The notes under the pieces were generated by a model. The model was not told the origin of the DNA, did not search any database, and saw only the letters and a program-made list of their open reading frames with translations. A DNA stretch of 64,000 nt from Candidatus Kaiserbacteria bacterium (GTDB taxonomy: Bacteria > Patescibacteriota > Minisyncoccia > Phycocordibacterales > Phycocordibacteraceae): the NCBI GenBank assembly GCA_963699165.1, contig OY969413.1, positions 212,310 to 276,309 on the forward strand. The letters are read 5' to 3'. Positions 1 through 9,073 of the stretch are shown here, one piece after another (within the stretch, counting starts at the first letter, position 1; the number at the start of each line of letters is the position of its first letter). Position numbers and translations under genes: made by a program.

Positions 1-251
1 GTGCGGGTGCGATGCGGGCGACTCTTCCTCGTTCGGCGAGCGCAAATGTCGGGAACACCGTTTTCGTTTCGGGTCCGGGCATGCTTCCCGTCGGCACGGT
101 CTCCGCAATCGACAGCGATCCGTCGGCTCCATCGGTAACGCTCCGCATCCAACCTGCGGTGAATTTCTTTTCCGTTTCATGGGTGCTGCTGCGTTCGACC
201 GGTTCGGCCTTCGCGGGAACGCTCTCGTGGGCGACATCAACGCTCCCATGA
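1..251 (+). CDS. mreC: Rod shape-determining protein MreC, C-terminal fragment (truncated by window edge)
   Basis: VGNTV...G.LPVGTVS...TLRIQPAVNF resembles the MreC C-terminal beta domain; lies upstream of a PBP2 gene. Confidence 0.65.
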   Translation, partial: AGAMRATLPRSASANVGNTVFVSGPGMLPVGTVSAIDSDPSAPSVTLRIQPAVNFFSVSWVLLRSTGSAFAGTLSWATSTLP

Positions 252-502
252 TTCGCAGTACGCTTGTGCTCCTGGCGTTCGTTTCCGCGATGTTGTTTCC
301 GTGGCCGGTTACGGTTTTGCTTGCACTCGCATCCGCCGCTAGCGACCCTCTTGTGCCGCTTGCCGTTGGTATCTTCGCGGATACGCTCTATTACTCGCCG
401 CACGCGGGTTCAGCCCCTTATTTTACGTTGTTTGGAACTCTTGGCACCGCCGTCGCGTTTTTCGTGCGCAGCTGGCTAAAGGCGAGTACAATTCGGGGAT
501 GA
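248..502 (+). CDS. Small hydrophobic membrane protein in the mreD position
   Basis: ATG at 248 overlaps the mreC stop (ATGA); 84 aa, mostly hydrophobic; its stop overlaps the PBP2 start. Confidence 0.6.
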   Translation: MIRSTLVLLAFVSAMLFPWPVTVLLALASAASDPLVPLAVGIFADTLYYSPHAGSAPYFTLFGTLGTAVAFFVRSWLKASTIRG

Positions 503-2184
503 AATGGCGCGGATTGAAATGGCGGGATCCGGAGATTGCCCCGGATGAAATATTTCTTGACTCGTCAAACACGACCGATTTTAACCGCGAACGCTTTGAA
601 GGACGGCTGGAGAAGCCGCTTTCGCGCCGGACTTTTTTCATTCTGACGGGAACGATTACCGCTCTTGTTGCGATACTCGCTGTCCGTTCGTGGCATTTGC
701 AGATCGCGAACGGTCCCGCCTTTGCGGAGCAGAGTGCGCACAACAGTTTGGAGGCCGTATCGATTTTTGCGCCGCGTGGTGTCATTACCGACATGCATGG
801 AACGGTAATCGCCGAAAATATTCAAAAACCGGACGGAACCGCTGAACGCGAATACCCCGTTCCGTCCCTGAGCAATATCATCGGCTATGTGTCGTATCCG
901 AAAAAGGACGCCAAGGGCGTGTACTACGATACAAACGAGACGGGCGTTACCGGTTTGGAAGCGCAGTACAATTCACTGCTCGCCGGAAGTAATGGACAGC
1001 TTTTGACCGAGACCGATGCGGTCGGAAACATTCATTCGCAAGGCACTGTCGTTCCCGCGAAAGAGGGAGGAACGCTTCAGTTGTCGATTGATGCGAATCT
1101 TGAAAAACTATTTGCGAAAGCCATTGCCGACACGGCCACGAATCAGCATTTCATCGCCGGCGCGGGCGTCATTATGGATGTGCACACGGGTGCCGTGCGC
1201 GCTATCGTTTCGTATCCGAGTTATGACTCAAACGTGATGTCGAACGGCGGTCCGTCCGATGCAATTGCCGCGTACAATACGAATATCGGACATCCGTTTC
1301 TCGACCATGCCGTGCAGGGCGTGTATGCGCCGGGTTCTATCGTCAAACCGTTCGTTGCGTACGGCGCGCTCTCCGACGGCATTATTACACCGGACACCAC
1401 TATCGACGACCCGGGTTTTTTGTCGCTGCCCGATCCGTATCATCCGGGCAAGAAATTTATTTACAAAGGATGGCGGGCGCTCGGACCCGTGAACGTGGAG
1501 AAGGCGATTGCATGGTCATCGGATATTTTCTTTTACACGGTCGGCGGTGGCAATCAGGGCCAAAAGGGTCTCGGCATCGACCGGCTGGATTATTGGTATC
1601 GGCAATTCGGTCTCGGGACGACGACCGGCATCGGCGTCGCGGGCGAGGCGGACGGACTTCTGCCGACGCCAGCATGGAAGCAGGCGACGTTCAAGGAGCC
1701 GTGGTATTTGGGCGACACGTTCTTTACGGCCATCGGGCAATATTCGATGCAGGTGACGCCGATACAAATGGCGCGAGCGATATCCGCGGTGGCAAACGGC
1801 GGAAAACTATTTACACCGACGCTGATTGCCGGACAAACGGCTCCGTATTCTACGGTGCCGGTTGACCCTGCGGCATTCAACGTGGTGCGGACCGGTATGC
1901 GCGAAGGCGTTACGACCGCGCTTGCGAGCGCCATCAACCTTCCGTATGTTTCCGTCGCCGCTAAAACGGGAACGGCGCAAACCGGCGTCAACAACCAATA
2001 TGACAACTCCTGGGTGGAAGGATTTTTTCCGTACGAAAATCCGCAGTATGCATTCGTGGTTGTGCTCGAACGCGGTCCCTCCGGCGCCGGCGAAGAGTCC
2101 GTAAACGTCATGCGGGAGTTGTTTGATTCGCTACATGCCGAGAATTCGCAGTATGTCGGGGGGATTGCGACGACGACTCCGTAG
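499..2184 (+). CDS. mrdA: Penicillin-binding protein 2 (class B transpeptidase)
   Basis: N-terminal TM segment, APRGVITD, PGSIVKP (SxxK), SSD, KTGTAQ; next to mreC. Confidence 0.88.
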   Translation: MKWRGLKWRDPEIAPDEIFLDSSNTTDFNRERFEGRLEKPLSRRTFFILTGTITALVAILAVRSWHLQIANGPAFAEQSAHNSLEAVSIFAPRGVITDMHGTVIAENIQKPDGTAEREYPVPSLSNIIGYVSYPKKDAKGVYYDTNETGVTGLEAQYNSLLAGSNGQLLTETDAVGNIHSQGTVVPAKEGGTLQLSIDANLEKLFAKAIADTATNQHFIAGAGVIMDVHTGAVRAIVSYPSYDSNVMSNGGPSDAIAAYNTNIGHPFLDHAVQGVYAPGSIVKPFVAYGALSDGIITPDTTIDDPGFLSLPDPYHPGKKFIYKGWRALGPVNVEKAIAWSSDIFFYTVGGGNQGQKGLGIDRLDYWYRQFGLGTTTGIGVAGEADGLLPTPAWKQATFKEPWYLGDTFFTAIGQYSMQVTPIQMARAISAVANGGKLFTPTLIAGQTAPYSTVPVDPAAFNVVRTGMREGVTTALASAINLPYVSVAAKTGTAQTGVNNQYDNSWVEGFFPYENPQYAFVVVLERGPSGAGEESVNVMRELFDSLHAENSQYVGGIATTTP

Positions 2185-2255
2185 CGGACCGCGGGCGGCG
2201 CTTGCAACTTGTCGGGGGGCAAGTACAATGCGGGCATTACTTATGTTCATTACTT

Positions 2256-2729
2256 ATGGCTGATCCCCAAACCACCGTCGTCTCGCAGGAAAAATTTGAC
2301 GAGATGATTAAAGAACTCGAGTATTTGAAGACCGTGCGCCGCACCGAGATTGCGAAAAATCTCGAATATGCGCGTTCGCTCGGCGACCTTTCGGAGAATG
2401 CCGAATATCAGGAGGCGCGCGACTTGCAGGCCGCAACCGAAGAGCGCATCAAGAAACTCGAAGAACTCGTGAAAAACACGTCAATCGTAACCGACGGAAA
2501 AAAGAAAAACGAGGTCAGTTTCAATTCAAAGGTTTCTATTAAAAAAGAGGGAAGTTCGGAGGTGCACGAATACACTATCGTCGGCAGCGAAGAAGCGGAC
2601 ATGCGCGTGAAAAAAATATCGCATCTCTCGCCGTTGGGTGCTGCGCTTATGGGAAAGAAAAAAGGCGAGGTGTTCACGTTTGCCACTCCGGGCGGTAAGC
2701 AGACCTACACTATTGAGAAAGTCAGCTAA
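2256..2729 (+). CDS. greA: Transcription elongation factor GreA
   Basis: GDLSENAEY motif and IS..SPLGAALMGKK; ATG at 2256 preferred over the ORF-track start. Confidence 0.95.
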   Translation: MADPQTTVVSQEKFDEMIKELEYLKTVRRTEIAKNLEYARSLGDLSENAEYQEARDLQAATEERIKKLEELVKNTSIVTDGKKKNEVSFNSKVSIKKEGSSEVHEYTIVGSEEADMRVKKISHLSPLGAALMGKKKGEVFTFATPGGKQTYTIEKVS

Positions 2730-2755
2730 CGGTAAAATGCGGTATAGTAATCGCT

Positions 2756-4675
2756 ATGGCATTGCTTGATACGGTGCGCGCAGAGAGAATCGCGAAAATC
2801 GCGCGCTTGAAAGAGGCGGGCTTGGAGGCATATCCGGCACGCACCAACCGCACGCACAGCATCGCGCAGTTTTTACAGAATCACGAATCCCTTCAAAAGA
2901 ATGCCGAAGAGGTTTCGCTCGGCGGCCGCATCCTTTCAATTCGAGAACACGGAGGATCTCTTTTCATAGATATTTTCGATGGCACGAAAGGACAGTGCTA
3001 CATACAGCGCGACAAGCTCGGCGAAGAATCCTTCAACCTCTTTAAAGACACGGTCGATACGGGCGACATTATTGAATTTCAAGGAATTGCGTTTACGACC
3101 AAGCGCGGCATGCCGTCGCTCGATGTTTTAACCTGGCGGATGCTCGCGAAGTCGTTGCGCCCATTGCCGGACGAATGGTTCGGCATCAAAGACGAAGACG
3201 AGCGCTTTCGAAAACGCTATCTGGATATTCTGCTCACGAAAGATCTCGCCGAGCGCATCCGTCGCCGCTCCGTTTTCTGGAACACGTTCCGTCAATTTCT
3301 TTTGGAGCGCGACTACATCGAAGTTGAAACGCCGGTTCTTGAGACGACGACCGGCGGGGCCGAAGCGCGGCCATTTTCGACGCATCACAACGCACTCGAC
3401 ATCGACGTGTATCTTCGCATCTCCGCGGGAGAATTATGGCAGAAACGGCTGATGGTGGCCGGTCTGCCAAAAGTATTTGAAATCGGGCGCATTTTCCGCA
3501 ATGAGGGTATGTCAGCGGAACACGCGCAGGACTACACCCAGCTCGAATTTTACGAAGCATTCAGCGACTATGAAGCCGGCATGGAAATGATTAAAGAGTT
3601 GTACCGGAAAGTGGCGCAGGAAGTTTTCGGCACACAGCAGTTTGACATCCGAGGCCACAAAGTCGACTTGGCGGGCGAGTGGCAGGTGTATGAATATGGA
3701 AAACTTCTTGAGGAAAGATTCGGTTTAAATCCGGTAACTGAGATTTACAGCAAGACGGGCCGAAGGGTGACTGAAGAAGATTTGAAAGCCATTTGCAAAG
3801 AAGCGGGTATCGGATACGAGGAGGGCGGGTTGAACATCGTGCGTACGGCAGACAATCTTTGGAAACTCATTCGCAAGGAAATTGCCGGTCCGGGATTTCT
3901 CATAGGCATTCCCGTTTCGATGGAGCCGCTTGCAAAGCGCGCGCAAGACGGCAAGACCGTCGAACGTTTTCAGGTACTCATTGCCGGAAGCGAAGTCGGG
4001 AAGGGTTTTAGCGAACTCAACGATCCGGTTGACCAGCGCGAGCGTTTTGAAAAACAGCAGGCGCTCCGCGACGCGGGCGATGAAGAAGCGCAGATGGCTG
4101 ACGAGGACTACGTCGAAGCGCTCGAATACGGGATGCCGCCTGCATTCGGCTTTGGCATCTCCGAGCGGCTGTTCAGTTTTCTCGAAGGTGTTTCGATTCG
4201 CGAAGGTCAAATCTTCCCGCTTTTACGGCCGCAGGAACACGTCGCAAAGAAGCATGTCGAAAAACAAAAAGCGGTCGTCGTCATACAGCGGAGCGGTCTC
4301 GAACCGTGGCAAATTTTAAATACGGTTGCGCATATTTCCGCAGAGTTTGGTGTGCGGGAAGGGAGAAGTCTCCTGTATCAAGACAGCCTAACGACAGCGG
4401 ACGGCACGCGTATTCCGCTCAACATCCAGCATCCCATCATGCTGAAAGAGGCTCCTTCAGTCGAAAGTATTAAAAAGCTTTTTCTTGCGGCGCAGGAGCA
4501 TAAACTTCAGGTCACCGCATTTACGCGCGAGATGATTGAAACGACTAATGATAAAAAAATAATTAAAGAAACGGCCGCGAAGGATTTTAACGATGTCGAA
4601 TTCCTCGGTGTTTTGCTGTTCGGTCCGGTTTCAGCCGTCGAGAAACTGACTGCTGAATTTTCTGCATACACCTAA
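2756..4675 (+). CDS. lysS: Lysine--tRNA ligase (class II) with a C-terminal DUF2000/PTH2-like extension
   Basis: GGAEARPF.THHN, YLRIS.EL, FEIGRIFRNEG, YGMPP..GFG; about 135 extra C-terminal aa after FPLLRP. Confidence 0.95.
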   Translation: MALLDTVRAERIAKIARLKEAGLEAYPARTNRTHSIAQFLQNHESLQKNAEEVSLGGRILSIREHGGSLFIDIFDGTKGQCYIQRDKLGEESFNLFKDTVDTGDIIEFQGIAFTTKRGMPSLDVLTWRMLAKSLRPLPDEWFGIKDEDERFRKRYLDILLTKDLAERIRRRSVFWNTFRQFLLERDYIEVETPVLETTTGGAEARPFSTHHNALDIDVYLRISAGELWQKRLMVAGLPKVFEIGRIFRNEGMSAEHAQDYTQLEFYEAFSDYEAGMEMIKELYRKVAQEVFGTQQFDIRGHKVDLAGEWQVYEYGKLLEERFGLNPVTEIYSKTGRRVTEEDLKAICKEAGIGYEEGGLNIVRTADNLWKLIRKEIAGPGFLIGIPVSMEPLAKRAQDGKTVERFQVLIAGSEVGKGFSELNDPVDQRERFEKQQALRDAGDEEAQMADEDYVEALEYGMPPAFGFGISERLFSFLEGVSIREGQIFPLLRPQEHVAKKHVEKQKAVVVIQRSGLEPWQILNTVAHISAEFGVREGRSLLYQDSLTTADGTRIPLNIQHPIMLKEAPSVESIKKLFLAAQEHKLQVTAFTREMIETTNDKKIIKETAAKDFNDVEFLGVLLFGPVSAVEKLTAEFSAYT

Positions 4676-5020
4676 AGTTAACAATTTGCAGATACGGAGT
4701 CGCAACGGGTGAGCAGCCAAGGTCTACGCTTCAGTGACTGTTGAAGATTTTGAATAAATCGATAAAAAGAAAGACCGCCGGGGGGGCGGTCGGAAATTGG
4801 TGTGATGGAGCGCTTCTCCATCGTTGGCTCATCTCCTATCAATTCCAGCGTTACCTGGAAGAATCGGAATGTCGTAAGTGTTCGCAGACGGAGATTCTAT
4901 GCTGCGATCTTTCCGAAACCCCTAGCTACTAATCCTTTTTGCATGCGGATCGCAAAAAATAATCCGATGCGAGCGGGTCCCTGGAGCGCCTTAGTAGCTG
5001 AGCCCTCCGCTTCTCGGCGA

Positions 5021-6072
5021 CTGGTCTTTTGAATTCGAACGTTTGATACATTGAGCGAATGAAAAAACCTCCGGCGGTGCGCACTTCACAAAGTCCGAAC
5101 GAGACGAAATACAGATACTGTTAGCGAAGGGATACTCTTTGCAAGATGTCGGAGATGCACTCGACCGACCGAAGAGTGTCATATGGTACGAGACGCAAAA
5201 GAAGAGGAAGGGACGGCCGTATGATGCTGCATATGCGCATCACATTTCATACGTACGAAGGAAATACAGCCGAGCGGTCGGCAAGATGATTGCTCTCGAC
5301 CCGAAGCTCCGGAAGTTCATCGAGGCGCATCTCTTCGACGATCAGTCGCCCGAAAACATCTCACTTCGATTGAAGCGGATCGAGAAGGATATCGGATATG
5401 CTTCATCCTCGGCTATACGCCGATATATCAAGAGCCCGTATGGCAGACGGATCGAGTCGCATCGAGCAAAGGTATTCAAGAAGAGGCGACGCTCTCGGCC
5501 ATCGAAACCACACATTGCCGACAAGCGCCTGATCGACAAACGACCGAGCAAAATCAACAAGCGATGGGGATTGGGTCACATGGAGGGCGACTTCATCGTG
5601 TCGGGCAAGAGCGGTCAAGGCATCATTCTTGGTCTGCGGGATCGCAGGGTGCGCAAAAACCTGCTGGAGCGGATCCTGCCAGTGTCAGTGCGAAACGTGG
5701 AGCGAGCGCTTCGCAGAATGAAAAAGCGGTATCCCGAGATGCAGACCATCACATTCGACAACGATATTCTCTTTCTCGAACACAAACGGCTAGAGAAGGT
5801 GCTTGGGGTGAAGATATATTTCTGTCATGTGCATGCGCCATGGGAGAAGCCATCAATCGAGAATCTGAACAAGGACTTGCGGCGGTACATCCCGAAAAGC
5901 TCGGATATTTCAAAGTATTCAAAAAGATTTGTGCAGAAACTCGAAGCAAAGATGAATCGCCGCTTCATGGATGTGCTCGGTTCACTCACGCCAGATGAGG
6001 CGTATGCTGCGGAAAAGAAACAACGCGCTCAGAGGAGCGCAAAAAACCGTCGTTCGAATTGAGGGGTTTGGG
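5021..6072 (+). mobile_element. IS30-family insertion sequence (ends approximate)
   Basis: Inverted-repeat core AATTCGAACG (5032-5041) / CGTTCGAATT (6051-6060) flanking an IS30-like transposase. Confidence 0.7.
5059..6062 (+). CDS. IS30-family transposase (probable ATG at 5059 is out of frame by one base in an A-run)
   Basis: HFTKSERDEI..L..GYSLQDVG..L.R HTH; GHMEGD, TITFDN, PWEKPSIENLN DDE motifs; open frame from 5055 to 6062. Confidence 0.85.
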
Positions 6073-6118
6073 TGCCATTGGTTTCCCATTAAGATACTCG
6101 TATATGAAGGATTGTTTG

Positions 6119-7162
6119 TCAATTCATTGTACGCGTCCAGTACTTTTGGCAGTCCCCGACGGTTAATGTACACACAATATACCGCAAGGGGGACACCATG
6201 CCGAGCGACTGGTGCGGGCGTTTGGTGTTGTACCAGATCAGCCAGTCGACAAGCTTCAGATTGAAGGAATGAATATCGTCCCGCAGCAGGCCCCGATTCA
6301 GCATGATGAAGTCCTCGGAGACGGTGCGATTGAATCGTTCGACGTGGGCATTCATCTTGGGAGTGCGGGGGCGGGTGTGAAAGTGCGTGAGCCCGAGTTC
6401 GGCACAGGCATCCTCGAAGTGTTTGGCGAACTCGCTCCCGTTGTCGGTCTGCAACTCGTCGATATCGAAGGGGCAAACCTCGATGACTCGGCGAAGGAAG
6501 TCGTCCGCGCTTCTCGACGAGTGGTTCGTATACGCGCCCGCAAAGGCGAACTTCCGCTCCACGTCCACTGCCGTGAGGACGTACCGCTTCACGCCGTCGA
6601 TGAAGCGGACGACGGTATCGAGCTCCATGCCGCGCTTGCCGGTGCGGCGAAGCTTGGTACGGCGTTTCTGCGGTGTTTCCGTGTGATTGCCCGTACGTGC
6701 GTGGAACGAGAGCCGGCTCTGCTGCGGGAGCAGACCGCGGTTCTTCAAATCCAGAATGACCCGCCCAACGTATGACTCCGACACGGAGTACCCTTCTTCG
6801 CGCAGGAGAACGGCAAGCTTTGCTTTCCCAAGCCGGGGATGCGCCTGTCGTTCGCGGATGATGAAATCCTCGACCTCGGGCAGAACAGTCCTCCTTCGAC
6901 GCGCCTTCGGCGCAGTGCTCTTCGGGTCAAGTGCATCAATGCGGCCCTCGTGGGCTTTGAGTTCCTCCTTCCAGCGATACAAGGTGCGCTCCGAGGTGCC
7001 AAAGGCGTCGTATGCGGCCTCCGTCCCGTGCATGTCCCAGAATCCCAATATCTTCACCCGTCTGTCGACTTCCTTTGGTTTCCGCATATGCCGCAATCGT
7101 ATCGTCCTTTCCCACATGCTCAACCAGCCCTTCGTACCCCTGAAATTGCTTCTGATGCGCAT
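6119..7162 (-). CDS. IS481-family DDE transposase (integrase core), copy 1
   Basis: HTH (SERTLYRW), ELDT, QTDNGSEF, NAHVERFNRT, YNTKRPHQSL. Confidence 0.92.
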   Translation of the reverse strand: MRIRSNFRGTKGWLSMWERTIRLRHMRKPKEVDRRVKILGFWDMHGTEAAYDAFGTSERTLYRWKEELKAHEGRIDALDPKSTAPKARRRRTVLPEVEDFIIRERQAHPRLGKAKLAVLLREEGYSVSESYVGRVILDLKNRGLLPQQSRLSFHARTGNHTETPQKRRTKLRRTGKRGMELDTVVRFIDGVKRYVLTAVDVERKFAFAGAYTNHSSRSADDFLRRVIEVCPFDIDELQTDNGSEFAKHFEDACAELGLTHFHTRPRTPKMNAHVERFNRTVSEDFIMLNRGLLRDDIHSFNLKLVDWLIWYNTKRPHQSLGMVSPLRYIVCTLTVGDCQKYWTRTMN

Positions 7163-7207
7163 ATATCCTCGGTTATGAGGACTGCCAAATGTATCTGAAC
7201 TTATGCA
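6128..7207 (-). mobile_element. IS481-family element A, copy 1 (1080 bp)
   Basis: Imperfect terminal IRs TGTACGCGTCCAGTACTTTTGGCAGTCC / GGACTGCCAAATGTATCTGAACTTATGCA; near-identical to 22926-24005 and 61070-62149; no target duplication here. Confidence 0.92.
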
Positions 7208-7385
7208 GCCCTTGAGAGAAATCGAAACTGTTTTGCCATAAAATATGGCGTACAGACTGGTTTTTATGGGAATCAAATTGCATTCGCGCATCATTGATTT
7301 GCCATATCCAATCTGCCTTTCGGCATATGCATTTGAAAAAACACGGTGCGCGGCACGTGCGTAGCTTTTCGCTGTAATACGTGTC

Positions 7386-7453
7386 TGTGGATAACGTCCT
7401 ATAGGGAAGTGGGGCAAAGTGGCATATACTTCACTACTAGTGGGATGAAGTGG
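7386..7453 (+). promoter_or_regulatory. mraZ/dcw promoter region: DnaA box, MraZ-type GTGG repeats and a -10 box
   Basis: TGTGGATAA (7386-7394) is a perfect DnaA box; GTGG at 7409, 7419, 7440 and 7450 (about 10-bp period); TATACT at 7425-7430. Confidence 0.7.
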
Positions 7454-7581
7454 GCTAAGACGATTTTTGACAAAAATCGTCTGCCCGTCAAATCCGAAAG
7501 GATTTGAGTAGGGAAACGGGAGTGGTGGCCTGTTTCCTGCAAAAGTTCCCGCGATAGAGCCGCTCCCCGCTCAAAATATTT

Positions 7582-8010
7582 ATGTTCATCGGAGAATACC
7601 AACATGTGCTCGATTCGAAAAACCGAATCTCGCTTCCGGCAAAATTCCGGAAGGATCTTGGCCGCGCGGTTGTCATGACGCGCGGCCTTGATCATTGCCT
7701 TTTTGTGTATCCGAAGAAATCGTGGGCGAAGGAAGCCGAAAGCCGTGCGGAACACGCGGCTGGTACGGCGGCGGCGCGCGGCCTTGCCCGTCTTTTTCTT
7801 GCAGGCGCTATGGATACCGGTGTCGATACTTCGGGGCGCGTTCTCATTCCCGACCATTTGAAAAGTTTCGCCGGTCTCAAGAGCAAAACCGTCATCGCCG
7901 GTGTCGCAAATCGTATCGAAATTTGGGATGCCGAAGCATGGCAGGCCTACACAACTGCTATCGAGCGCGATGCGGACGACTTCGCCGAGAAGCTTGGCGA
8001 CAAAAACTGA
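7582..8010 (+). CDS. mraZ: Transcriptional regulator MraZ
   Basis: MFIGEYQHVLDSKNRISLPAKFR and D..GRVLIP motifs. Confidence 0.96.
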   Translation: MFIGEYQHVLDSKNRISLPAKFRKDLGRAVVMTRGLDHCLFVYPKKSWAKEAESRAEHAAGTAAARGLARLFLAGAMDTGVDTSGRVLIPDHLKSFAGLKSKTVIAGVANRIEIWDAEAWQAYTTAIERDADDFAEKLGDKN

Positions 8011-8011
8011 T

Positions 8012-9073
8012 ATGGACTCCGTTAGAGATTCACATGCGGACGCAAAGGATATGAGCAGCGACTCGTTGCGAGAGCGTCACTTGAGACATGTCGGTGCAAA
8101 TGGAAAAATCTCTAACGGGGTGGAAGCACGCCACGACAGCGTCCTTATGAACGAAGTGCTCGAAGCACTCAATGTGCAGTCGAGCGATACGGTCGTGGAC
8201 GCCACCATTGGCGGAGCAGGGCATTTTTCGGCCTTGCTCGCTGCGCTCGGCGAAGGAGGCATTCTGGTCGGCATTGACGCCGACCCTGCGGCGGTTGAGC
8301 GGGGCAGGGAAGCGTATGCGCAGGACCGCCGAACCGACCGTCCCGTCGCGCACATCGTCAACGACAATTTTCGAAATCTGTCGCGGATTCTCGACCGTTT
8401 GCATATCGCGCCGGTCGACAAGATATTGTTCGACCTCGGTTGGAGCGGGTATCAAATCGCCTCGCCGCGAGGATTTTCGTTTCAAAGCGATGAACCGCTT
8501 CTTATGACGTACGGCGAAAACGGAGAGACGGCGGCCGACATCGTAAACAGCGCGACGGAGGTCGATTTGGCAAATATCATATTTACATACGGTGAAGAGC
8601 GTTTCGCACGATCCATTGCGCGTGCAATTGTCGCGGCACGCGGGAAAGCGCGCATTCTCAGCACAAACGCGCTCGTTGACGCCGTTCTTGCCGGTACGCC
8701 GCGCTGGTATCACGAGAGGAAGATTCATCCGGCAACAAAAACATTTCAAGCGCTGCGCATTGCTGTAAACGACGAAATCGGGAGCTTGCGGGAAGGATTG
8801 GCCGCGGCGCTGCATGCGCTCGCGCCCGGCGGCAAACTGGCGGTCATATCGTTCCATAGCATTGAGGACCGCGTGGTGAAAAACGTTCTGCGCGATGCGG
8901 CTCAGACGGGATTGGGAGAAATGAATCCGAAAAAACCGATTGTGCCGGGCCGCTGCGAAGTACTTGCAAACCGGCGGTCGCGTAGCGCGAAACTGCGCAT
9001 CTTCGAGCGGGTCGTTACCGTTCCGCAAGAGGGTCTCGCGGATTCTCCGGATTCCATTTTAACGTATGCGTAA
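8012..9073 (+). CDS. rsmH: 16S rRNA m4C1402 methyltransferase RsmH with a 36-aa N-terminal insertion
   Basis: H.SVL, VDAT.GGAGH, DLG.S, HPATKTFQALRIAVN, ISFHSIEDR, RSRSAKLR. Confidence 0.95.
   Translation: MDSVRDSHADAKDMSSDSLRERHLRHVGANGKISNGVEARHDSVLMNEVLEALNVQSSDTVVDATIGGAGHFSALLAALGEGGILVGIDADPAAVERGREAYAQDRRTDRPVAHIVNDNFRNLSRILDRLHIAPVDKILFDLGWSGYQIASPRGFSFQSDEPLLMTYGENGETAADIVNSATEVDLANIIFTYGEERFARSIARAIVAARGKARILSTNALVDAVLAGTPRWYHERKIHPATKTFQALRIAVNDEIGSLREGLAAALHALAPGGKLAVISFHSIEDRVVKNVLRDAAQTGLGEMNPKKPIVPGRCEVLANRRSRSAKLRIFERVVTVPQEGLADSPDSILTYA
8016..8121. mobile_element. Miniature inverted-repeat element inserted in frame in rsmH
   Basis: IRs ACTCCGTTAGAGATT / AATCTCTAACGGGGT (14/15 match); removing 108 bp restores MEARHDSVL. 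Confidence 0.75.

Noticed and set aside
6212-7198. Plus-strand ORFs (187, 163 and 119 aa) repeated three times in the window
   Set aside because: Antisense shadows of the IS481 transposase; they recur only because the IS does
8030-9028. Long antisense ORFs opposite rsmH and other core genes (e.g. 52458-53309, 58359-59159)
   Set aside because: Typical stop-poor antisense frames of GC-rich coding DNA with no recognisable motifs
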